This document shows, in pieces, positions 26,963 to 34,063 of a DNA stretch of 34,063 nucleotides; position 1 is the stretch's first letter, and each line of letters opens with the position of its first letter. Under the pieces are notes generated by a model. The model saw only the letters and a program-made list of their open reading frames with translations, did not search any database and was not told the DNA's origin. Source of the DNA: Clostridiales bacterium (GTDB lineage: Bacteria > Bacillota > Clostridia > Oscillospirales > Acutalibacteraceae); contig JAJBVC010000086.1 in NCBI GenBank assembly GCA_020860025.1, positions 1-34,063 on the forward strand, read 5' to 3'. The position numbers and the translations under genes are program-made.

Positions 26963-28489
26963 TTATTCAGCGATTTCCTGTGCGGCAACGTCATCACTGC
27001 CGGACTGAGCGTTTCTCTTTTCAGCAAGAGCGGCTGTAATTCTTTCTTTCTTCTCTCCGACCATATCGTAGAACAGAATCGGGATAAATTGAAGAATAAC
27101 GAATATTGCGGGAATGATTGTGTAAATCATAAGGAAACGTGACAATACCGCATCATCCTGTGCCGCATAAGCTACGTTCGGATCCTGTGAGAACTGATAA
27201 TTACTCCATGTGTAAACAAGCCACGGGCCGAGGAACTTCGTAAACGCAGAAGCAATTTTTGAGAAAAGACCGTAGCCTGCGTAAGCAAGACCTTCCTGAC
27301 GTTTACCTGTTTTATATTCCATTTCATCAATACAGTCTGCAATCATAATGTTAGGCGTTACGTTTGTATTGCCGTGCTGTAAACCGCAGAAGAAGTTGAG
27401 AATCAAGAACGGAATTACAAGTGAGCTGTTGAAACCGACAGCCTTTGAAACAAGGTACAAAATCGCAAGTGATGAAGCACCGTAACAGCAGAAGATAATG
27501 TAGGTTTGCTTTGTTGAGAATTTCTTAAGAACAGCTCTGACAATAAGCATACCGACAGCTGTTCCGATACCCATAGGAAGCATAAGAGCAAGCTTTAAGC
27601 CCTTTGAACCTAAAAGATAAATAGCTATGTAAAGTGAAACTGTACCGTAAACGCCTCTGCCGAAGCCTGCAAGCTTTGTAAGTGAAACCATAAGCAGGTT
27701 CTTGTTTGTGAAAACAAGCTTGATTGATTCAACAAGCGAAACCTTTTCAGATGTATACGGTACACGCTCCTTGTTGTTTGCAAAGAAAATCATAACGAAG
27801 ATTATCATACCAAGAGCGCATATTGTTGTTGAAATAATAAGATCAAGTCCCTGACCTTCTGCGTTCTTGAACTGCTGCTGTCCCATAAAGAGCTTCATAA
27901 GTTCCTGAACAACAATAATGATAAGCTGACCGCCCGATTGACCTACAGAACGCAGGAAAGAAGCGATTGAAATAGCGTCGCTTCTTTCAGACGCATTAGG
28001 CGAGCAAAGAGCGCCAAAGCAGTTAGCCGGCGACTCTACAGCGCAGGAAACAGCCGTGTAAAGACAATAAATTACTATCATCCAAACAGACGCAATACCA
28101 AATGACGTTGTGTTTGGTGCAATAAATACAAGCATTGAAACAATAGCAAGAGGTAAAGCACCGAAACCAATCCACGGCTTAACCTTACCTAATCTTGTTT
28201 TCGTTCTGTCAACAAGAATACCTATGACAAGTTCGCACGCAGCGCCTAAAAATCCGGCAATCAAAAATGTGATTTCAACAATATTTGCAATCTGCGAGGA
28301 GTCAAAACCCTTCCCCTTGAACGCAAAGTCAGCAAAGAATGTAGTCGTATAATCGGGCATCCAGCCTGTAAGCAAAGCGACACCGAAAAGTCCGATACCA
28401 AAGGTTACAATCTCTGATGGCTTCATATACTTCTTTTCAGCCGGTGCAGCACTTGACGCTTCCGCAACAGCGGCTTTCTTTTTAGCCAT
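26963..28489 (-). CDS. MFS glycoside-pentoside-hexuronide (GPH/MelB-like) symporter
   Basis: GILVDRTKTRLGKVKPW, NNKERV and MIADCIDEMEYKTGKRQEG, with about 12 TM segments. Confidence 0.9.
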   Translation of the reverse strand: MAKKKAAVAEASSAAPAEKKYMKPSEIVTFGIGLFGVALLTGWMPDYTTTFFADFAFKGKGFDSSQIANIVEITFLIAGFLGAACELVIGILVDRTKTRLGKVKPWIGFGALPLAIVSMLVFIAPNTTSFGIASVWMIVIYCLYTAVSCAVESPANCFGALCSPNASERSDAISIASFLRSVGQSGGQLIIIVVQELMKLFMGQQQFKNAEGQGLDLIISTTICALGMIIFVMIFFANNKERVPYTSEKVSLVESIKLVFTNKNLLMVSLTKLAGFGRGVYGTVSLYIAIYLLGSKGLKLALMLPMGIGTAVGMLIVRAVLKKFSTKQTYIIFCCYGASSLAILYLVSKAVGFNSSLVIPFLILNFFCGLQHGNTNVTPNIMIADCIDEMEYKTGKRQEGLAYAGYGLFSKIASAFTKFLGPWLVYTWSNYQFSQDPNVAYAAQDDAVLSRFLMIYTIIPAIFVILQFIPILFYDMVGEKKERITAALAEKRNAQSGSDDVAAQEIAE

Positions 28490-28527
28490 AAAAAACCTCA
28501 CTTTTATAAAATGTCTTCTTGTTAATC

Positions 28528-28556
28528 ATTATATCACTATATTTTTAAGTTGACAA
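28528..28556 (-). promoter_or_regulatory. Sigma-A promoter for the 28489 transporter
   Basis: TTGTCA-17 bp-TATAAT with extended TG on the minus strand. Confidence 0.7.
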
Positions 28557-28611
28557 TAGGATTTTTAACTTTTATTTAACAAATATTTAACCTAAAAGAA
28601 ATTTTCTTTAC

Positions 28612-28652
28612 AAAAAACAAATACCGCCCTGTGAATAAACACAGAGCGGTAT
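28612..28652 (-). terminator. Intrinsic terminator downstream of the 30426 transporter
   Basis: ATACCGCTCTGTG-tttatt-CACAGGGCGGTAT followed by TTGTTTTTT on the minus strand. Confidence 0.78.
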
Positions 28653-28691
28653 GTTCCGATTTATGTTGTAAAAACAGATAAATTTTTATCT

Positions 28692-28965
28692 CAGCGTGTA
28701 GAAAAAGTTAAATTACAGATTTCTACACGCTGGCAGATGTTGAGAAAGTAGTCAGAATTAAGCATTTTGGGAGGGGAGCTGTACGATGGTACTGCCCCCG
28801 AGTAAAAGGCTTAAAACGCTCAAAAGCGCCGAGAAAATTAAATTCTCGGCACTTTTATATGGTTGTTGATAAAAATAATTTTGATGTTATCAAAATGTGA
28901 AAGTAAGAAATATATTTATATTTCTACAATTTGAGCGTGGTTATGACTACTTTATCGACAGACTG
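28692..28965 (+). mobile_element. Dispersed structured element, copy R7 (41-bp palindromic appendix plus 232 bp core), with apparent 16-bp target duplication
   Basis: Outer ends CAGCGTGTAGAAAAAG and CTTTATCGACAGACTG, flanked by AGATAAATTTTTATCT (28676-28691) and TGATAAGTTTTTATCT (28966-28981). Confidence 0.85.
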
Positions 28966-28983
28966 TGATAAGTTTTTATCTGA

Positions 28984-30426
28984 TTATTCGCCAGACTTTG
29001 CTCGGCGGGCGGCAAGTTCTGTTGAAATCATTGCTTTTTTATCGCCGACAATATCATACTTAAACATAGGAATCGTTGAAAGAAGCGCAAGTATACCCGG
29101 CATTACCGTATAAGCAAAGAATACTATATCCTTTGTTTTTGTAGTAAACACAACCGTGCTTTCGGCAATCGCTTCCTGATAGCCTGAAAACTGTATAAAT
29201 ACAAGACCGAGCGCCGTACCGAGAGCAAGGCAAACCTTAATTGTAAGAGTAAGTACAGAATAAGCTGCGCCCTCCATACGCTTGCCTGTTTCGTACTCAT
29301 AATAGTCAACGCAATCGGCAGTCATAATCATAGGCATAAGCGTTACAGCACCGAACTGAAGTCCGATAAGGAACAGCGACGCATAAAAGAGAATCGTAAG
29401 AACCATATTATCAGGATTTAAGAACCAGAAATGACCTATTACAAAAGAAAATACCGACGCCGCAAAGCCATAAAACGACATAATGAGGTAAACCTTTTTC
29501 TCATCAAGCTTTTTAATAAGAATCGGGCAAACTGCCATACTAATCATTGAACCTACGGCTGTTACGATACCCAAAACAGCTACAAGATTTTGTGAGCCTA
29601 AAAGCGCATTAGCAGCCTGAACCTGAATACCCATTGCCATCTGACGGCCGAATCCGAGGAAATACGAAACGATAACGAGCATAAGCGGTTTATTGTCTTT
29701 AAGCGCCGAAATCATATCCTTAAACGAAGTCTTTTCGGCAGGCTGATAAGGAACTCTCTCTTTATTGCAAAGTGGAATAAGTGCAAACAATGCGCAACCT
29801 AAAACAGCCGTTAAAATTGCTGTCCAAAAATATTCTGACGCAATCATTGGAGTATCGGTTTCACCCTCAAAACCGAACACCTGTGAACCGCCCTTAATAA
29901 TAAGGCAGACAACAGGAACGATTACAACGCAAGCGGAAAATCCAACCTGCTTAAATGTATTTGAAATTGAAACGACGTTAGTTCTCTCGGTAGGATTAGG
30001 TGTCAAAACAGAGGCAATTCCCTGTGACGGAACATCACCGAGCGTCATTGCAAGCGACCAGATAAGATATGTAACAAATATCCAAATATAAAGACCTATA
30101 CCCGTAAACGGAACTTTAAGAAATATTACCGCCGTAAAAACAAGAAGCGGAAGAATTGAATAGGCAATCATTGATTTGAACTTGGCATTCTTGCTTTTTG
30201 AACGGTCAATCATATTGCCTACAATAGGGTCGAACACCGCCGACACTATTTTTGCTATCAAAATAAGTATGCCTACGACAGCAATATCCGCTCCGAGAAT
30301 TGACGAATCAAATTCAGCCTGATATGAATTTAGCAGTCCGACGATTGCCTGAAAGCCAAACAATCCGAGTGAATAAGCGGCAATCTCTTTAAAATTCATA
30401 TGTTTTTCTTTTGTAATATCTGTCAT
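28984..30426 (-). CDS. MFS glycoside-pentoside-hexuronide (GPH/MelB-like) symporter
   Basis: AVFDPIVGNMIDRS, CNKERV and MTADCVDYYEYETGKRMEG, with about 12 TM segments and a GGAGG RBS. Confidence 0.9.
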   Translation of the reverse strand: MTDITKEKHMNFKEIAAYSLGLFGFQAIVGLLNSYQAEFDSSILGADIAVVGILILIAKIVSAVFDPIVGNMIDRSKSKNAKFKSMIAYSILPLLVFTAVIFLKVPFTGIGLYIWIFVTYLIWSLAMTLGDVPSQGIASVLTPNPTERTNVVSISNTFKQVGFSACVVIVPVVCLIIKGGSQVFGFEGETDTPMIASEYFWTAILTAVLGCALFALIPLCNKERVPYQPAEKTSFKDMISALKDNKPLMLVIVSYFLGFGRQMAMGIQVQAANALLGSQNLVAVLGIVTAVGSMISMAVCPILIKKLDEKKVYLIMSFYGFAASVFSFVIGHFWFLNPDNMVLTILFYASLFLIGLQFGAVTLMPMIMTADCVDYYEYETGKRMEGAAYSVLTLTIKVCLALGTALGLVFIQFSGYQEAIAESTVVFTTKTKDIVFFAYTVMPGILALLSTIPMFKYDIVGDKKAMISTELAARRAKSGE

Positions 30427-30460
30427 AAATTACCTCCAAAAAAGTGCAAAAGGGCAAAAC

Positions 30461-30717
30461 CAGTCTGTCGATAAAGCAGCCATAACCACGCTCCGATGAT
30501 AAAAAATAAATGTCTGTCTTGATTTTATCTTTTAATAACAGGAAAATAATCTTGTTACAACTACCATTTAAAAGTGCCGAGAGCCCAAGTTCTCGGCACT
30601 TTTGAGCGTTTTAAGCCTTTTGCTCGGAGGCGGTACACACGTACAGTTCTCACTCCCAAAATGCTTAATTCTGACTACTTTCTCAACAGACCCAAGTGCG
30701 TAGAAATATCTCCACTG
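30461..30717 (-). repeat. Dispersed structured element, copy R8 (230 bp core plus degenerate appendix)
   Basis: CAGTCTGTCGATAAAGCAGCCATAACCACGCTC...CTCCCAAAATGCTTAATTCTGACTACTTTCTCAACA, flanked by the inverted pair GGGCAAAAC and GTTTTTGCCC. Confidence 0.9.
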
Positions 30718-30740
30718 ACAGTTTTTGCCCGTAAGTTCCG

Positions 30741-31598
30741 CTAATCCTTAAATACTTCGCTGAACAAATCAATATCGGCAGCCTTCATAACGGCGGAGAA
30801 AAGCTCTGAGCCCATTACCGGCATAAGCCTGTTAAATATCGACATTGCATGAGCGTCAAATCCGTGAACCATCATCGGACGCTTATGCTCAATTCCGAAC
30901 ATAATCATCTTTACCATACGGTCACAGTCTGTTGAAATCATATCCATAACCTTTTGACCTTTTCCGCCGGAATTCTCCTGGTCACGGAAAATATCGGTCT
31001 TGGTAAATCCAGGGCATACAAGTCCAACGTAACATTTGCCCTTATATTCAACACGCAAAGCCTCTGTAAATCCTTTAAGAGCGGCCTTTGACGCACTGTA
31101 CATTGAAGTTCCTGCAAGCGTCATCAAAGCGGCGGAAGAGTCAATATTGATAATAGCCGGATCGTCTTCTTGCAAAAGTGTAGGCAGAAAAGTCTTAACA
31201 CCATAAACGCATGAATAGAAATTGATATTCATTGCACGCTCAATTTCATCATAAGAATATCTGCCGAATCTTTTGAACTTAGGAAGAATACCTGCGTTAT
31301 TTATAAGAACTGATGGCTTGATACCTTCCTCTTCAAGCTCTTTTGCAAAATTTTCCCAATTTTCTTTTACAGAAACGTCAAACAATTTATATGAGAATTG
31401 CTCAGCGTATGTTGGGCCGAGTTCCTCAATAAATTTAAGCATTTTAGTTTCACTGCGGGCAACGCCCACAACACGGCAACCATGTTTTTTAATTAAGGTA
31501 GCGGCAATTCCTGCACCCATACCACCCGATGCACCGGTAACAATAACGGTCTTTGAGTTAAGCCATTCACCGCCGACCAATTCAGTACATTTGCTCAT
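30741..31598 (-). CDS. Short-chain dehydrogenase/reductase (SDR)
   Basis: TGASGGMG, LINNAG, YSASK and CPGFTKT. Confidence 0.92.
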   Translation of the reverse strand: MSKCTELVGGEWLNSKTVIVTGASGGMGAGIAATLIKKHGCRVVGVARSETKMLKFIEELGPTYAEQFSYKLFDVSVKENWENFAKELEEEGIKPSVLINNAGILPKFKRFGRYSYDEIERAMNINFYSCVYGVKTFLPTLLQEDDPAIINIDSSAALMTLAGTSMYSASKAALKGFTEALRVEYKGKCYVGLVCPGFTKTDIFRDQENSGGKGQKVMDMISTDCDRMVKMIMFGIEHKRPMMVHGFDAHAMSIFNRLMPVMGSELFSAVMKAADIDLFSEVFKD

Positions 31599-31894
31599 AT
31601 TTTTACCTCCCGGATAAATTTTTAAATTCTTTATTTATTATACAATATAAATTTTGACATTACAACACCATTTTTCTTAAAAATTGAAATTTTGTAAATT
31701 ATGATTTTTTGTGATAAATCTTCGCTATTTCTTGTATATTTCAACAAAATCAGCAATTAGTTTTTGTCATAAACGCCGAATATTTTTAGTAAATTTGCAA
31801 TCGCTATTATTGTATGTTAAAATACTATGGTAAAAAGGCGTATAATATCGTAATTCGACAAATATGCCAAATTTTTAAATTGGCGGGAATTTTT

Positions 31895-32440
31895 ATGGAC
31901 AGACGTGTTAAAAGAACAAAAACAGCTGTATTTAATGCGGTTATGGAATTGATTGTTGAAAAAGGCACCGATAAGATTACCGTTTTAGAGCTGTGCAAAA
32001 GAGCAGATATAAACAAAAGTACCTTTTATCTTCATTACAGCAGTATGGAAGACTGCCTTGAACAGTGCTTTCAATCAATTATGAACGGTATTGTGGAACT
32101 TTCAAAGCAGATAAAATTTGAAGATATTAAACGTAATCCACGCCCTGTTATAGAGCGTTTGCTTGACGAGGCTGAAAAGCAAATTGACTACCTTATTAAA
32201 TTTAAAGACAGCAATATCTGCGGTCCGTCAATAAAGATACTCAAAGACACTATTGTAAAAACGATTGCTCAAAATAACGGATTCAATCCCGATGACAATT
32301 ATTATGAAATCGCTCTGATTTCATTTGCCGTAGCCGGCTGTGTTGACGCAGTGATTGTTCCGCTTCCTTACTTTAATAAAGAAGAATTAACCAACGCTAT
32401 TGTTGCAATGCTCCAAAGCAAAAGCAGACCGGTTGTGTAA
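31895..32440 (+). CDS. TetR/AcrR family transcriptional regulator
   Basis: MDRRVKRTK...ITVLELCKRADINKSTFYLHY helix-turn-helix, divergent from the SDR gene. Confidence 0.9.
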   Translation: MDRRVKRTKTAVFNAVMELIVEKGTDKITVLELCKRADINKSTFYLHYSSMEDCLEQCFQSIMNGIVELSKQIKFEDIKRNPRPVIERLLDEAEKQIDYLIKFKDSNICGPSIKILKDTIVKTIAQNNGFNPDDNYYEIALISFAVAGCVDAVIVPLPYFNKEELTNAIVAMLQSKSRPVV

Positions 32441-32484
32441 ATCATTACAGTGGTTAAATATAAAACCTGATAGGAGGATTCTAT

Positions 32485-32676
32485 ATGAATATTGAAATGA
32501 CAAAAGAGGAAATAGGTTTATTGGATGAAGCCGATATTGAAATCGGAAAATACGGAAAAACCGACAAAAAATGCCCTCGGTGCGGAAATGATATAATTTT
32601 AGAAGAGGGCAGAAGCTCCTACACCATAAGATGTAAAACCGATAATTGTATTTCCTTAATCTTTAGAGGAATTTAA
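32485..32676 (+). CDS. Small putative zinc-ribbon protein (63 aa)
   Basis: Strong AGGAGG RBS, CPRC...CKTDNC, followed by a hairpin. Confidence 0.7.
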   Translation: MNIEMTKEEIGLLDEADIEIGKYGKTDKKCPRCGNDIILEEGRSSYTIRCKTDNCISLIFRGI

Positions 32677-32703
32677 TATAAATTAAAAAACTTATTAAAC
32701 ATT

Positions 32704-32731
32704 AAGCACTTTTGATTTCTCAAAAGTGCTT
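32704..32731. terminator. Terminator-like hairpin abutting repeat R9
   Basis: AAGCACTTTTGA-tttc-TCAAAAGTGCTT. Confidence 0.65.
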
Positions 32732-33109
32732 CAGTCTGTCGATAAAGCAGTCATAACCACGCTCAAATTGTAAAAATATAAATATCTTTCTTACTTTCAC
32801 ATTTTGATAACATCAAAATTATTTTTTATCAATATCATATAAAAGTGCCGAGAATTTAATTTTCTCGGCACTTTTGAGCGTTCTAAGCCTTTTTTACTCG
32901 GGTGATTCGTTTGCGACCGCTCACAGTGTGAGAAAAAGGGAGCAATATCGTCAAAGAATTGAGTTTGCTTTTGCAAACGAAGAATTCTTTGGACACCGCA
33001 ACTGGTTGTACTATCTACACCTCCCACTCCCAAAATGCTTAATTCTGACTACTTTCTCAACATCCTGCCGGTGTGTATAAATCTGTAATTTAACTTTTTC
33101 TACACGCTG
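32732..33109 (-). repeat. Dispersed structured element, copy R9 (336 bp core plus appendix 33068-33109)
   Basis: Full core in reverse. The right half matches R7 and the internal insert partly matches R2/R6b. Confidence 0.92.
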
Positions 33110-33144
33110 AAGAGTGCAGGTCAAAAATGACCTGCACTCTTTTA
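33110..33144. terminator. Terminator-like hairpin abutting the other end of R9
   Basis: AAGAGTGCAGGTCA-aaaa-TGACCTGCACTCTT-TT, just past the stop of the cell-wall protein gene. Confidence 0.75.
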
Positions 33145-33152
33145 CAATTTTT

Positions 33153-34063
33153 CTATTTAACCTTTACCGATTTAACAGAGCTGAAGCTTGAATAAACCTT
33201 ATAGCTGCCAACCTTGGAATAAGTCCTTACTTTAACGTAATACTTCTTTCCTTTTTTAAGATTTTTAATCTTTGTTGATGTAGTTGACTTTTTGCTGACG
33301 GTTGCCGCCTTTTCATACGTTCCGTTCTTTGAGGTTGAAATATAAATCTCATAACCATCAACATTTGACTTTTTCTTCCAGCTTACGGTAAATGATTTTG
33401 AAGAAGCCTTGAGCTTTGATATACTCGTTTTTGACGGTGACGGAACATTCGTCATCTTACCGTCTTTGCCGAACTTAAACGTCTTTCCGCCGACTGTTTT
33501 CTTAGTGCTTGTCTGCATAATACCGTAGTCGCTGAAGTAATAATAACTGCCGGAAATCTTTTTAAGTCCCGTATATGCATATCCGCTTTTGGTATTGAAA
33601 TAATATTTCTTACCACTGATTTTTGTCCAGCCTGTTGCCATTTTACCGTCTGAACCGAAGTAACGAATACCCTTTGAATCGGTGCGCTTTGCGCTTGTTA
33701 CCATTACTCCGCTGTCACTGAACATATAATAGCTGCCCGAAATTTTATTAAGACCTGTATAGGCATATCCGCTTTTAGTATTGAAATAATATTTCTTGCC
33801 ACTGATTTTTGTCCAGCCTGTCGCCATTTTGCCGTCTGAACCGAAATAACGAACGCCCTTTGAATCGGTACGCTTTGCGCTTGTTACCATCACGCCGTAA
33901 TCGCTGAACATATAATAGCTGCCCGAAATTTTATTAAGACCTGTTTTGCGATAGCCTGTTGACGGGTCAAGGTAATATTTTTTGCCGTCAATCGTTTTCC
34001 AACCTGTTGCCATTTTGCCGTCTGAACCGAAATAGCAATATCCGCTACCGTACTGCTTAAATA
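33153..34063 (-). CDS. Surface protein C-terminal part: choline/glucan-binding-type cell-wall repeats plus terminal fibronectin type III-like domain (5' end off window)
   Basis: The frame stays open to the window edge. Repeats YFGSDGKMATGWTKISGKKYYF with a 62-aa (186 bp) period are followed by FTVSWKK..GYEI..KNLKKGKKYYVKVRTY. Confidence 0.9.
   Translation of the reverse strand, partial: FKQYGSGYCYFGSDGKMATGWKTIDGKKYYLDPSTGYRKTGLNKISGSYYMFSDYGVMVTSAKRTDSKGVRYFGSDGKMATGWTKISGKKYYFNTKSGYAYTGLNKISGSYYMFSDSGVMVTSAKRTDSKGIRYFGSDGKMATGWTKISGKKYYFNTKSGYAYTGLKKISGSYYYFSDYGIMQTSTKKTVGGKTFKFGKDGKMTNVPSPSKTSISKLKASSKSFTVSWKKKSNVDGYEIYISTSKNGTYEKAATVSKKSTTSTKIKNLKKGKKYYVKVRTYSKVGSYKVYSSFSSVKSVKVK

Noticed and set aside
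30630-30660. Group II intron domain V resemblance (CACGTACAGTTCT)
   Set aside because: Only the 3' half matches. There is no paired catalytic-triad strand, and the motif is not conserved in the other copies.
31866-31884. GCCAA..TTGGC palindrome as a TetR operator
   Set aside because: It is short and imperfect, with no second copy found near the divergent SDR promoter, so it cannot be supported.
2948-33109. CRISPR array, tRNA or integron attC interpretation of the repeats
   Set aside because: The copies are long, dispersed, in both orientations and separated by core genes. There is no repeat-spacer period, cloverleaf, cas gene or integrase.

Overview
This is a chromosomal window from a low-GC Clostridia-like Firmicute (inferred from gene content and style). 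It is mostly housekeeping and envelope genes: a partial GT2 glycosyltransferase, ABC-F ATPase, rpe, mgtE, ddl-DUF1934-argS-radical SAM, PHP, maf, U32, zapA, two RimK-like ligases, a short purH, nrdG, GH43, two GPH sugar symporters, SDR/TetR and a partial cell-wall-repeat protein. The outstanding feature is non-coding. About ten copies (7 full-length, 3 partial) of one 230-440 bp intergenic element lie in both orientations. They share invariant core motifs and fold into a multi-stem structure. Their terminal stem shows compensatory changes and strand-specific G-U pairs, and there are three different sets of termini plus mosaic internal modules. Several copies sit at palindromes or terminators, and one has an apparent 16-bp target duplication. 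No transposase is present in the window. A second notable locus is a duplicated membrane module containing a sortase-fold protein that lacks the catalytic His and Cys and has a 1-bp frameshift in an A6 run. I saw no rRNA, tRNA or CRISPR array. All family assignments come from reading motifs by eye; no database search was run.
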